From the NCBI GenBank assembly GCA_021613535.1, contig CP075495.1, positions 11,532,001-11,596,000 of the forward strand: a DNA stretch of 64,000 nucleotides, given 5' to 3'. Both the position numbers and the translations under genes were made by a program. The notes under the pieces were generated by a model that made no database searches, had not been told where the DNA came from, and saw only the letters and a program-made list of their open reading frames with translations. Below are positions 13,581 through 29,786 of the stretch, in pieces (position 1 is the stretch's first letter; every line of letters starts with the position of its first letter). The stretch comes from Adineta vaga (taxonomy: Eukaryota > Animalia > Rotifera).

Positions 13581-14681
13581 ATCATTGAATTTATTTGTAA
13601 ATTTTCGAAGAAATTTCTTTGTCCTTTTTTTTCATCTTCATAAAAACAATAGAATATGATGATATATAACAGATTTGTTTCATTTCATCAGACACAAGAT
13701 AATGCTTATGACATATGAATTATGAATATTTTGAATAATTTATATTCTAGTGATGTTTGTTTCTAAAAACAGATATGTTCGAATTTTCCTTATTTACTAT
13801 TTATATGTTTTTTTTACCAGAAATAATCAAGAAACAGAAGGAGAAAAGTGAAAATTGTTTGTGAATTGAGAGAACATCTTATCTATAATTGAACATAAAG
13901 CAATTATGTTGAAAGAAAACTCAAGCACAACAGAAAAGACATCAGTCAAATGTTTTTCTTTTCTTTTTCTAAAATTAATCGAAAAAATGGTGTATTAAAA
14001 TATTTGACTGGAATCATAATGAGATCAATGTCTAGTTGATAATTCAACCAGCGACATTCTTATCAAGTTCTAGGGGTACTTTATTAGATACAAAAAAACA
14101 GGAATGAAAATCTACTTTCATATTGAAATTCTATATCTTTTCAAGGACATACATTTTTCTAAAGTATTAATGTTTTATATATCATCGGAAACTCTAATTT
14201 TTCAACAAAAAAGATCATGTCTCTAACTAGATACGTAGCAAAGGTCATTCATTACTATTTAGAAAAATCTTTATGCCAATATTTGCAGCAAAAAAAGCTC
14301 AAATTTCTTTTTCCTTCAAGATACCAATATAAGCACTCGTGCAAATTAAATATATATTATTCACGGATAATTTATATATTTCAAAACAATTCTAATGAAT
14401 CAATTTGATGAGAAACTAGCTATTCGATATAAAATTTCATATTGTTTAGCGCACTCTTTCGTCATTGGATGATTTATTGGCCGAAAAAAGAAAACAAGCG
14501 CTTTCTTTAACAAAGACCATCTGTATATATCACAAGTGCAATCGATTCTTTGTTTTCTATATCATATTTCATCGATCGAGCAGTATAGTCCATCGTATCT
14601 ATCTTATAGAAGATTCGAGTACGATTTTTGATTTTATAGAAATAAGAAAAGATATTGAGTTAGTTTTCTTTTGTTAAGATA

Positions 14682-16414
14682 ATGAATTTCAATCGACATG
14701 TACTGCGTCCAACACACAATCGACTTCCACTTCAAGATGTTTCATCGAGAAAATATCTATGTATAGATAAAACAAATATTCATATTCAACAAGAAAATCT
14801 ACCATTATCAGTAATCAATAATAAAATTTCAAATAAATCAAGACCAATTCTTACTGCAGTACGTTCACTAAAACCTCAATTCAAAGAAAATGAAAATGAT
14901 ATCGAAATGCTCATTTCGCCGATGGTCGCTAAAACAAGTACTATTATCGAACAAACATTGTCTCTATCAGAAAATCACAAAACACGTGAACAATCAGAAC
15001 AAGATTTATATGAATTGTAAGTGTAAAACTACTAGAGAATGTCTTTACGTGAAATTTAATATAATAGAAAGTCATAATGGGCACTAATGAATCTGTCAGA
15101 ATACTAATTCTTATTAGTGATCTTTTGCATATTTTCCCCGAAGTAAAATAACGCAATGCTTTTCTGGTTCTAAAAAAAACTTGCAAAACATTTTTACTTA
15201 ATTTGTAATATTAAAGTAAATCCTAGCTGGATTAAATAAGTGAAATTGATGTTCTACGAACTAATTTCATTGTCGAACTTGTTTCATCTTTTAGACCAGA
15301 TTATCGTCAATCAATTTTCGAACATTTAAGATCAATAGAACATACTTATGCTTCTAGTAAGTAGTTCTTTTTCACTGAATCTTACACAAATTTGATATTT
15401 TTCTTATTAAGAAGTGAATTTTATAGAAAATCAATCGGATATTAACTCAGCCATGCGTACTATTCTTGTCGATTGGCTTATTGAAGTTACAGATGAATAT
15501 AAATTAACCGATGACACACTTTTTCTTTGTATACAATATGTAGATCGATTCTTATCGGCAGTGAATGTTACAAAAGCAAAATTACAATTACTCGGTTAGT
15601 TTAGATTTTCTTGTAACGAAAAAACCTTTGTTTATAATTTCTGGAAATTATCTAGGTACAACTTGTATGTATTTAGCAGCGAAATATGAAGAAATGTATC
15701 CACCTGCATTGGAAGAGTTTTCATTTATTACGGATAATACTTATGAAACAAAACATATTCTTCGTATGGAACAAATCATTATAAAAGTGAGTTTAAAACT
15801 GAAGACTAAAATACGAAAAAAAACATCGTAGTATCAATCATAATCTCATCATGTTTGTTTGTTTTTCATTTCATAGATGTTAAATTTCTCTCTTTCCGGA
15901 CCGACTTCATATACATTTCTGCAATATTATTTAATTCATTTGAAATTTCCGACATCAACTCATAGTGATGATGATTATAAATGTCTGACAATGTTATCAA
16001 CTTATCTATGTACTTTAACACTTTTACATGATCAACCATTTTCTTCCTATCGTTCGTCTTTAATTGCTGCAAGTTGTCTTTTACTTGCAAATGAATTACT
16101 CAATCTTAAACCAATATCTACCAAATGTTTGAAACAATTAACAACATATACAGAATGTGATTTAAATGAATGTAAATCAGCATTAGTAAAATTACATTTG
16201 GAAACATATCGTCAAGATAAAATGACTTCTAGTGTTACTTCGACGTTATTTAAATCCAAAAGAAAATAAAGAACTTTTTCAAAAACGTGTACGTAATTTA
16301 ATTCATCATTCAAAAATTGAAGATAATGATGATGATGATGATGACGATGATGTAATTGATTTAACACTTGATGAATTTGATGAGAATGATATGAGTATGG
16401 AACATCATCGATAG
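14682..16414 (+). CDS. CCNA: Cyclin A-like protein with an apparent 1-nt frameshift near 16237
   Basis: Cyclin box MRTILVDWLIEVTDEYKL..DTLFL...Y.DRFLS, KLQLLGTTCMYLAAKYEEMYPP.L.EFSFITDNTY; N-terminal RxxL D-box-like motifs. Confidence 0.88.
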
Positions 16415-17224
16415 AATTTGCTTTGTTATTGTTTGCATATGAAATAATTATCGTGATGCATGTTCTTTATTTATTTGTTTACCAGCGTATGAAAATATTT
16501 CTCTAAAACTTTTTTTGCGTTGAAATATCATCATCATGACCACCATTCTTTCTTATTTTACTTAAAAAATTCTTGTATTTCTACTTTATTTTGACTTCAT
16601 TGATGTTGTTATTGTTCGTATCTTTCGCTCTGTTCTTTATCTGTGTTAGAAATGAATTGTTACTGTGGTTTATACCAAATTCTTTGCTCTCTGTTTGTTT
16701 GTTTGTTTGTTTCTTTTTTCTTTTTGTTTATGAACTGAAAAATTTTTCTTCTCTTTCTTTCTTTTTTGCAATGTATACATGATTATTTGAAATGACTGAA
16801 TATAGATGACTTCCATGAGAGCATATATTTATGAACTTTATCCAAAAAATAATCTCATGTCAAATTCAAAAACAAACTCATTTTCTTATTTAAAAATAGA
16901 TTTTTTTTCCTAATGAAATTTATCAAAAACAGGCAATAAACGGAAATGATCTGCGAGAATATCTTTTCAAATGACATGATAACATATTTTCATCAACAAT
17001 ATTAGTCATCCTACGAATTTCTTGTCATATTTACAAAGAAAAGTATTCCAGTCTATGATCTACTTTTAATGTTCATTAAAAAATGACTACGTAATGTTAC
17101 ATTTAATTTAATCATTCATATAGAAATGAATATGACAGACGAAGAAGAGTTATGTATGCATAGGAATAAATTAGAAATTAAAACCATGGAATATTATGCC
17201 TTTGATGAATATTAATAAATGCAG

Positions 17225-18092
17225 TTAAATATTTCTATTCTTGGATTTAGAATTTGTTTGATGAGAAGATATAATTGTACTTTGCCTTGTTCCGGCTAAA
17301 TTATCATAAACCAGTGAATCAGAAGCAGGTATATAATATAAATTTGCTGATGTTGTTTTTGATATTGTCATGCCAGGAGAAAGTCCACCGGATGATGATG
17401 ATCGTTGACTTATGATATCAGAAGAAGTTGATAAAGATATATCAATCGAATTTGTCAGTAAATGATCATAAGAACCAGTTAATACAGTTGGTACTAATCG
17501 TGTAATTGATAGTTGATTTGTAAAACGAGATTGATCATCGATATTAATAGAAGAATTTGTAGGATTTTTTGATAATGATATAACAGATTGCTGAAATTTA
17601 TTAGCATTATTAGTACGTGAAGGAGTTCTAAAGGATAGACTGAATATTATGTGGATTTTTGATCAAATCTTACATGGTTAAAGTTATTGGTAATTGATTT
17701 GATGAAGAATTGAACTGAGGTTGAGTTAGCGAGAATAATCGATGTTGTTGTTGTTGTTGTTTTTGTTTTTGATGATGATTTTTTCGTATTGGATATGATG
17801 TTGAATGAAATGTTGATTGACGTCGATCAATGCATACAGGCAAATCATTGATAATTTCTCCACAAAAGGTCGAAGCTGAACTAGTCTTTCTCGTATAAAT
17901 ATTATTCCATGAAGGAAATCGATCAAAAGATGTTGTTAAACTTTTTATTGATAGACGATGTTGATAACGAGAAGTTTGTTCAATAACAGGAGTAACATGA
18001 GTGACAATCATCTGATTTGTATTTGTATTTGAATCAGCAGGTGGACGTGATGAATGAATAGTATGTTTATTAGATACTCGTTCATGGAACAT
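17225..18092 (-). CDS. Hypothetical Ser/Thr/Gln-rich low-complexity protein (2 exons)
   Basis: ORF 18092-~17674 ends at a GTAAGA donor; the second exon stays open for ~135 codons to TAA at 17225. Confidence 0.55.
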
Positions 18093-18567
18093 TGCCGATT
18101 TGTTAAGATAGACTTTACCTTTGTATTTCTGTTGACATTATTATTAAATCAATAGAATATAGTAGACACTTGAGTTTTCTTCGTATTCACATTCAATTTA
18201 CTATGTCATCAATTGCTTAAATCAAATAGAAAGAGTTGACTTTTAGTAGCAATGTATATTTGTTTAGTTACTATATAGAAATTCTATCTAGCTTTCTTTC
18301 TTTCTCTCAATGTCTAGAGTTTTCACTCCTTTCTACAGCTAATAACACCATTGAGCATAGAAATAGAAGATTGTTAGATATGGCATCACGAGATAAGAAG
18401 AGAATAACCATTTCTATGTAGTTATACCGTCTGAGTTTCGGCTAGATTATCATTATATTTCATTATGTTTTCTTTCTTGTCAACATAACTAACAAAAAAA
18501 AATCAACAGCACTAAAAAATTCAAACTCAAAGAAAAAAACATATAAGAGCGAATATATTTTACAAAT

Positions 18568-20768
18568 TTATATTCGTTTTATATTACAACCTTGCCATTT
18601 ATCTTTGAAGTATTCTTCAATGCATACACGTATTACTTGACTATGATAAAGATATGAACCAGTCGAAACTGATCGTATCAGAAGTGTTTCATTGCGTAGT
18701 TCATCTAAAACCTTTTGTCGAACAGTAACATCGCTTTCTAGTTGAATTAATTCGTCAACAGTAATTTCATGTAGATCTAATAAACCACAAAGTACATTGG
18801 ATAAGAATGTTTGTTCTTGCGTAGTAGTTCGACATTTGATTTTTTCTATACGACGTGCTGTATCTTGTAGAATTGATCTTCGGACAACTGAAATAAAGAC
18901 AAGTTTTTTTTTTGTTATTATTTCGCGACCAAAATCAATTTAATTTACTTTCAAATGGAACACCACTTTCTAATTTTGATGCAGCGTTTTGAAGACTTTT
19001 TATACGTCCTCCAAAAAGTGTGTAAAGATTTTGTGCCATTTCTTTCGAAAGATTTCGTTTTTCCATTAAATAAGTCATTGCTTCATCTTCGGTGAGATCA
19101 GATATTTCAATGAATGATGATGCTCGTGTGATACTACTTCGACCTAAAAACAAGTGAAATATTCAGTTTCGAAAAATAATACTGTAATTTTAAAGAACAT
19201 TTTTCATCTTTATAAATCCAGTTAAATTGGAATCAAGATAGCATTGTTATATATGTTACTTAGTTATTGAAATGTCCAGAGAAAAAAAAGCATTCGACAT
19301 GTTAGCAGTTACTGTTATGACACAATGCGAAAAGGTTTCATCGAGCACATGCATATGTCTTTATATACCATTCTCCTTTGAAATGTTATTTTTGTTTTCT
19401 TTTTAAACTATAATATTCCGAACGATGGTTCATTGAACATAGAAATCTCACTTTATGCCTCTAAACTTCTCTTTCATATTCTGTCAATTATTTTCTAAAT
19501 ATAGATTTCTTTTATATTGTTCTTCAATTAAGTTATTCGATACTAACCTTCCATTTGCTCAGGTGCATTTCCAACAGAAGTTATAAATACTGTAATCCAT
19601 GCTGAATCATCAATTGCTGTTTTAGCAGTATCTTGTAATATTTCAAGCATTTTAGGATCTTTATTTGCAAGTGAATCACAGCTATCAAAGATTAATACTG
19701 GTACTGATCCATATTTCTTCTTATAAGCAAGTGCATATTTTTCAAATGTTAATAATACACGTTCCCAACTAGCTTCTTTTCCTGAAAAGCAAGAAGAAAT
19801 AATTGAATAGAAAAATGATAACTTATTTGATTTATACCATCGTCTGGTGGTGAACCAAACATTTTCGATTCTATCCATGTTGATAAACGAATGTGATCTT
19901 TAAAATTAAATCTTATGGCACGAGCAAATGCAAAACCAAATTTTTCAACATTGGGTGGAACTAAAAAGATATTATATAATTTTGAACAAATCAACATTCA
20001 AATATCAATCAACCATCGACATAAACAACACCCGAACCAACTTTTCGTGCTGCTTGTCGAATTAATGTTGATTTTCTATAAGTAATAAAAGTATTCTTCA
20101 TGAATTTTTGGTTTTGACAAATATCATACCCGACACCATGTTCACCAAGTAGAATATAATAGGATGAAACTAGTTTATCTGGAACAGGTGTAACGATAGT
20201 TGTTAAACGATCTAATAGAGTTTTTCTTTCTAGTAATTGTTCTTCTTTAAATTTGAAATTTGGACATGAACCATATCGAAATGTATATTTGATTTCATAA
20301 TCATTTTTGACTTGCTCATATATAACATAAACAATACCAGCAATAACCTAATTAATATCAAGAGATTATATTTGGGAAAATAGAAGATGAAATTATAATT
20401 ACAAGAATTGCGATGGAATTAATTTGAGACGGAAAAAATTTCTTAACGATTTTTTCCACAAATGATAATCGTTCCCATTGAGCTTTTTCACTAGCTTTTC
20501 GAGAAGCTTTAGTTTCAACGACCATTTTCAAATCATTATCATCATCATCATCATTTTTGTCTTTTTCAATTGGAGATTTCTTTATTTCAGATGGTTCAAG
20601 TTTAGTTTTATGTGCATGTGCTGTTAATGTTCGATAGATTGATTTATTAATAGTCTACGAATAGAGGTTTTTAGTTTTTAAATAAACGAATTCAATAGAA
20701 AAAGAATTTACTTGTCTATGAAGAAAATTAATCGTTCTTGTATTAAATAGAACATGCCGAAGATACAT
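18568..20768 (-). CDS. Single-TM P-loop ATPase (AAA_16/archaeal-ATPase-like) with a putative mitochondrial presequence, ~8 exons
   Basis: Walker A LGEHGVGKS (split by an intron), Walker B VLIFDSCD, ISDLTEDEA..YL and LFGGRI motifs; Arg-rich acid-free N-terminus; one hydrophobic segment before the ATPase. Confidence 0.75.
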
Positions 20769-21780
20769 GATAGATTTTGGAAAATTTTGTTTGTACTATT
20801 GGCACTCAGTATCAAATATTACGTAAAATACTAAGCCATTGGTTTTCTCATACCCAACAAGACTGATTTGCTTTACAAGAATCAGTAGTGACATCTTTTG
20901 AGAATATACAGTCAACATTGAATTTCAAGAAATATGTACACACCAAGAACAATAGGATCAATCAATCCGCTTAAGTTCATTGAATTTGGTTAAACGGTTT
21001 AATTCAGTGCAAATACGCATTCAGAATTATATCTATACGTAGTATATGGACATTCTTTTCTTTTCTTCTTTTATTATCTGATATCATTTTTATGATGGTA
21101 GACATGTTCGTTGTAACCTTAGGGTCACTAAAATGAAAACTTTTACTCAAAAATACCTGTATTACGTGCCACTGAAGTTTTTTTTCTCGATTGAAATAGA
21201 TTTGCAATACGAATGATATATTCAATCAATAGAATATGAAACATCTGTCAACGAAATCTTCTTTTATCTGATCTAAAACATTATATTGATGATCTTTACT
21301 ATCAAAATCGTAGATTGTATTATTCAGTTTGTTTTCATTTGTATGCAGTTAAATGAGATCTTTTTCTTTGTAGATCGATTATGACAATATCTTTTTTTCT
21401 CCTAATTGCGATATATTGATATAGTCACTGAAACCTAGATATCTATTTTCTAGTTGAATACGTACTGTTATCTTATCGACCAATTTCAAGAACTATATTA
21501 CTTCACTGTTTCAACTTACTTTTTACAAGTCAATCGGTCAAAGTACAGTAGATTTCATTTTCAGCATGATCGACATCGTGATCTCGATATCTCTCTCTTA
21601 TCATAATTAGAATACAACTTTTCTTTGTGAATAAGATATTTATATTATCACGCGTTCACTGTATGGTTCACACTCTACTAGGTCATCTTTGTTTAGCCTA
21701 CCTTTATCATTCAAACGAATTTTTTTAAGATAATTTATCAAGAAACCAAGTAATCTTTAAAACAATCTCATTATCTTTGA

Positions 21781-23435
<1,655 letters not shown>

Positions 23436-24397
23436 TAACAAGCAAAACATTATTCGTCGTAGACGTAGAATATAAATCATTTTTTGTCTACTTTCCGATT
23501 TTTGTATTCGAATTATAAATATTAATAAATTCATATACAGTTCAATATTAGATATAGAACAATATTTCTATTCTTAAAAAGAAAGCAATTCACTATCTCA
23601 AAAAATAAGAAATAATCTATTTGAACTTCATTGCATACAAATACAATGACTTATATTCTATAGAATACTATACTTGAAAGATAACAAAGAACAGCATTTA
23701 TCTATCTATGCTACGTAGTTTTTTTTTAATAAAAATACGTGAGATCATTGTGAAGTAGTTAAACATGACCTGGTAACTTTGAAACAAATAAATCTACATT
23801 TTGCACTGCGAAACTGTTCGTTTTTAACCACTTGATGCTGCTATAGTTTACATACTCAATCAGCAGTTTAAGGTATGATAGTTGCTTATTAGTTCACCTT
23901 GAAGATAGTCGTACTTTTTAGATAATGCATTTCAACTTTTATCAAAATTTACGTCCAAAAGAACATAGCAACTTCAGAAATGCAAAGATTATCAGTATTC
24001 CTTCTCGACTATTCTTTGCAAAATAGTATAGGTTAAAAAATGCATTCATCATATATGATCGATCAAACAACTATTCATATTAATATTTCGTGGTTACAAC
24101 TCAATGGTCAGTTGATTTTGTATAACTAAACAATCAGTCGAAAGTCATAGAGCATTCCTAAATCGATCTGTTGTTGTAATTATTTCATGACGAGTTTATT
24201 CATCAACATGGGTTTCGTCTTTTCTTATCCTTATCACATTTGATATGACTATTAATCTGTATACTAGTGTCCTCTTTGACAAGTGAAAATCTTCTATTGA
24301 TTTATATTACTCAACCAATAATAAATGATCTGTGTTGAAATTATATTTTATTATCCATTCCATTCATTCACAATTCACTCTAATTGCTGTAAAAACA

Positions 24398-27281
24398 ATG
24401 ACTGTGGAAAACGATTCATCACCACCATCAGCATCAGAAACAACAACAATAACGAACAATATAGTTTTCGTAGGTGTCGTGCCCTTTTGGAAGACAAATT
24501 TGATTCATTGTATGTTCGATTTAGGATGAAACAGATGTATTGTATGAAGAAGATTGTCTACGAAATCAATATTCAGTAAAAACTTGGTTTCGTTATATTG
24601 ATCATATCAAAGATGGACCTAATGAAAAAATTAATCTTGTTTATGAACGAGCATTGCGTGAATTACCTGGAAGGTAAACACATTTGTTTTCTTTTTAAAT
24701 TGTAGTTTTACCTTTGTTTCTAGTTATAAATTATGGCAGAGCTATTTAAAACTTCGACGAAAACAAATTCGTTCAAAATGTATAATCGATCCAGTTTATG
24801 AAGAAACTAACAATACTTTCGAACGTTCACTTGTCTTTATGCATAAAATGCCACGAATTTGGCTTGATTATTGCCAATTTCTAATGGATCAATGTAAAAT
24901 AACTCGTACACGTCGTGTATTCGATCGAGCTATACGAGCATTACCTATCACACAACACAATCGTATATGGCCATTATATATTAAATTTGTTACTACTTAT
25001 CCCGAAATATCGGATACAGCAACACGAGTATATAAACGATATCTCAAAGTAAGATGAAATATATTCTATAGTTTACCCTAATATGAATGTTAATTTAGTT
25101 ACAACCTGAATGTGCAGAAGAATATATGGATTATTTAAAAGAAATTGGTAATCTCGATGAATGTGCCAAATATTATATTGAAATATTAAATCGAGAAAAT
25201 TTTACATCACGCCAAGGAAAAACAACTCATCAAGTAAAGGGACTTTTTTTCTTCTTCTATGAAAATGAATTCTTTTTCTTTAAAGCTATGGAATGAATTA
25301 TGTGAATTAGTATCAAAAAATCCAACGAAAATCAAATCAGTACCAGTTGAAGCGATCATTCGACAAGGCATTTTAAAATATAAAGATCAAGTTGGTCAAT
25401 TATGGACATCACTTGCTGATTATTATATCCGTAGTGGTTGTTTTGAAAAAGTAAACTATCTAGTTTGTGGATTTTAATGAAATATAATTGATATTTCTTT
25501 TTTCTTAGGCTCGTGATATATTTGAAGAAGCTATTGAATCTGTTCTTACTGTTCGTGATTTTACTCAAGTATTTGATGCATATGCACAATCAGAAGAAGG
25601 TCTTATTAGTGCGTTAATGAACAAATCAAATGATGATGATGATGATGATGATGACGATGAAATAACTGAAGATGGTAAGAAGAATAATATAAATTTCTTC
25701 TTTTCTATAAGAAAATTAATTCATCATTTCTCTTCTAGATGATTTGGAATTAGAACTTCGTCTTGCACGTTTAGAATATCTCATGGATCGTCGTCCATTA
25801 ATGTTAAATAGTGTTTTACTTCGACAAAATCCTCATAATGTCAATGAATGGTTAAAACGAGTGAAACTATACGGTGAACAATATGATAAAATCATTGAAA
25901 CATTTACAACAGCTGCACAAACAGTTGATCCAAAAATTTGTACAGGAAAATTCCAAGATTTATGGATTGCATTTGCTCAATTTTATGATAAACATCAACA
26001 ACCTGATGAAGCAAGATTTATTTATGGCAAAGCAGTTAAAGTTAATTTTCGAAATGTTGATGATCTAGCTGCAGTTTGGTGTGCATGGTGTGAAATGGAA
26101 ATACAACATGAAAAACCGAATGAAGCTATTAAATTAATGGAACGTGCAACTGTGTTACCAAGACATAAGGTAGATGATTCTATTTGTACGATCAATCTAT
26201 GAATTTTCTTTTAGATTGATTATTATGATACGAATGAAACAGTTCAATTACGTTTACATAAAAATTTAAAATTATGGTCATTCTATGTTGATTTAGAAGA
26301 ATGTTATGGAACATTTCAAACATGCAAAGCAGTTTATGATCGTATTCTTGATTTACGTATCGCAACACCGCAAATTATAATGAATTATGCTCTTTATTTA
26401 GAAGAAAATAAATATTTTGAAGATGCTTTTCGTACATATGAAAAAGGTATTGCACTATTCAAATGGCCAAATGTTTACGATATATGGTTAACATATCTCT
26501 GTAAATTTGTCGAACGATATTCGGATGGTTCGAAATTAGAACGAGCAAGAGATTTATTTGAACAATGTCTCGAACATTGTCAACCAAAATTCGCGAAGAA
26601 TTTATATTTATTATATGCAAAATTAGAAGAACAACATGGTTTAGATAGACGAGCATTGAAAATTTATGAACGAGCAACAAATGCTGTTGAACCAAAAGAA
26701 AAAGAAGAAGTATGAATTGGCATATCATAATTGATATTGGATTTAGAATTCGTTTTTTTTGTTTTGTTTTAGATGTTCAATATATATATAAAACGATGTG
26801 GTGAAATGCAAGGCATAACAGCAACACGTGAAATATATGAAAAAGCGATTGAATCATTAAATGAAGAACGAGCTGTTCGAGATATATGTTTACGTTATGC
26901 AGATTTAGAAAGAAAATTAGGTGAAATCGATCGAGCACGTGCTATCTATTCACATTGTTCTCAAATGTGTGATCCACGGGTATGAAAAAATTTATATATT
27001 TGTTTTCCTTCGATTCTATTTTGTTTGTAGATACATAATGATTTTTGGCAAACATGGAAAGAATTTGAAATCAAACATGGAAATGAAGATACTATGCGTG
27101 AAATGTTACGTATTAAACGATCAGTTCAAGCAACATATAACGTTCAAGTTAACTATATGGCTGCACAAATGATGGCTACATCAATGGTAGAAGAAACACC
27201 GACAACTCAAGTAAGTTGACAAATGAATTTTATGAAAAAATATCTTCTCTTTTTCTTTTACTCTTTTTATAGGTTAGTTAA
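24398..27281 (+). CDS. XAB2: Pre-mRNA splicing factor SYF1/XAB2 (HAT repeats)
   Basis: [95 protein letters not shown]. Confidence 0.95.
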
Positions 27282-27541
27282 CAAACATATTCGAAGATTT
27301 TGTTCTATGCGGTGTGTAATATTCTTGTTATGTGTTTACAGAAAATAAAAATAAAAGTCCTCGGATTATGTGAAAAATTATACTTAGAGAAATAAGTTGA
27401 TGATAGAGTTTGAATTTCTATTCTTATAAATGAATACTACTCATTATAAAATCGAATTTATACGGCAAATAATTCACATTTTACGAATATTTCGATAAGT
27501 TTGGTACGAATGAGAGGATATTTTTCAAGGCACATAAACGC

Positions 27542-27615
27542 GGTCCCTTAGCTCAGCTGGTTAGAGCGCCGTGCTAATAACGCGGAGGTCGTGAGTTCGA
27601 TCCTCACAGGGACCA
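27542..27615 (+). tRNA. tRNA-Ile (anticodon AAT)
   Basis: Acceptor stem GGTCCCT/AGGGACC, D-arm TAGCTCAGCTGGTTAGAGC, anticodon stem CCGTG-CTAATAA-CGCGG, T-loop GTTCGATC; T-run Pol III terminator follows. Confidence 0.97.
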
Positions 27616-28602
27616 CTTCTCTTTTTTCTTTCTTTCTTCTTATACTTCTTTTCCAGTGGCTTGTTTTTTCCTTTTCTTCAATGCTGCAGCGTGTTCTCTG
27701 CTTCACACATCAATATTATTTCAAGCTATTTAATATGAAATTGCTGTGTAAAATATCAATGTATTTTTTTTAAATATTTCAAATAATTCATCATGATCCA
27801 ATCGGATCGATCGTTCTGATAGATCATTCACTGATGTTCGAAACTCTCACGCTTTCGTTTGATAAAGACAAATAGGCTTCTTAAATGGCAGTTATATGAA
27901 CATATTATCCATTGATTGTACATACTTGAATTTTCTCGCACAATCATTATGATCATTTTGAAAGAACAAATAGACAAACATTGATCTTATTTTCTAATTG
28001 TCACAGTAAGCATTTTGTGATTGAACGAATGATGTCATCGACGTAAGGTTTCTATTTGTCTTTATGAACATGAGAATAGCAACGAATTACCTTAAGGTGT
28101 GAGAAAAAGGCAAAAACATTGAATTGATTCGATTAAAAAAACGGTTTCACTTTTTTTTATTCTTCATCTCATTCAATTTCATATGCAGATCATCATTGAG
28201 AAAACTGAATAACAATAGATCAATCAAGCTTAACTATAATGGAGTGGTCAATCTTCATTGATGCATGCCAATGCTGCCAAAGGGCTGATCATGCACACTA
28301 AAGTCTGTCTGCCATTTATTCACACAATTGAAAATTTCATCAGAGATGCTATACAGTTCATTTGTAACTTATTGTTCTATTTAATATTGGGAAAAGTTGA
28401 TTTTCTTTTGTATATTATCAAGGCGTATTGCAATTTTCATGCCGCTTTTCCGACAACAATTATACATATATCAATAACGTGTGAAGAAAATCAAAAAAGA
28501 AAATCAATGTCTGTAGATTATTGACAGTTATCAACTGTCATCTTTTGTCGTCAATTTATTTACATAAGAATCATTCTCTCGTTTAAATAAAAAAAAACTT
28601 TT

Positions 28603-29786
28603 CTAGACCAATATCGATTTGTTACTATTGAAAGGTATTAAATTTGATTGATGTTGAATATCATCATCTAATAATTGAACATTAGGTAACATGGAATGAA
28701 GTATTGTTCGTAAATGTGCAGGTGAACAATCAATTGTATTTCCAAATATTTCACTTGGATTACGATGAAAATAAATTTGATTACACATGGCGATTTGTAA
28801 TTCATTTTCTAAGCAAAATAATAAGAATGAAGTGTTGATTTTTCACGTATGTTATTGATGCTGTATTCAATTTAACAAAACTTACTTCTCGCCCATTGGG
28901 GAATTGGTTTCTTCTGATCTGTACTTGTTTTCGTGGCGAAAATTGAGTTATCATCACATTCATCATCAAAATTCGTGTGTAAAATTGTCATGTCATAATT
29001 ATTTTGTGTTTGATAATCCTCAAAGGATTTATTGTTATCGAGCACAGGTTGAGCTCTAGAAAGAAAAAAAGGGAGAAAGACAATGATCAGTTGAATTTTG
29101 ATACCCTGAGGTTAATTGAAATTGAATGTTTACCTTGTACGTAACGGACGTTTTGTCTGATGACGATGCTGTTGTTTTTTATTTTTCAATGCTTGAATGC
29201 CCATTAGTGGTGGTCGAACATTTCGTGATGGAGAATTCTGTTGAATAATTGATGAAGAAGGAGGAGGAGACTATTTTTTTGAAAACAAAAAAAGAAAGGT
29301 GTTTTAAATAACTTACAAGCAAGGCAACACATTGTATGAGTGATTTGAGTACTTTCATCTTTTCGAAAAACAAGAAAATGAACTGTTTTAATTGATACAA
29401 CTTGCTATTATATATATATAAGGAAAAAAACAGCTCAGCAGGACTAGTCTATATCACAACTCCTAATCAGTCGTATCAACATTAATTGTCATCGAAGCAA
29501 GACTTTTGACAAGTACTCATGAGAATAGAAAAAATAACATTGAATTTCTAATTAATTTCAATTATACCTCGAGCAAATAACGAAGAAAACTTTTTCGAAC
29601 ATAATCAGGTATTTCATGAAGAAGACCAGTGGGTGATGAAGTCGTTGTTGCTGTTGATGATGATTGAATTTTTCTCTTAAAAAGATTTTTTCCATGAAAT
29701 AATTTTTTCAAACGTGATGATGGTTTGTTGGACATTGGTTTTGTAGTAATATGTGTTGAAAGAATTTCATGTGAACGAAGTTTCAT
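28603..29786 (-). CDS. Small (257 aa) protein with a partial INCENP IN-box (Aurora-kinase-binding region)
   Basis: Exons 29786-29568, 29358-29317, 29270-29134, 29055-28886, 28808-28603 total 774 nt in frame; contains NYDMT..acidic..KKPIPQWARKNELQIAMCNQIYFHRNPSEIFG, like the IN-box KPIP.WAR...L..A...Q......LFG. Confidence 0.7.
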
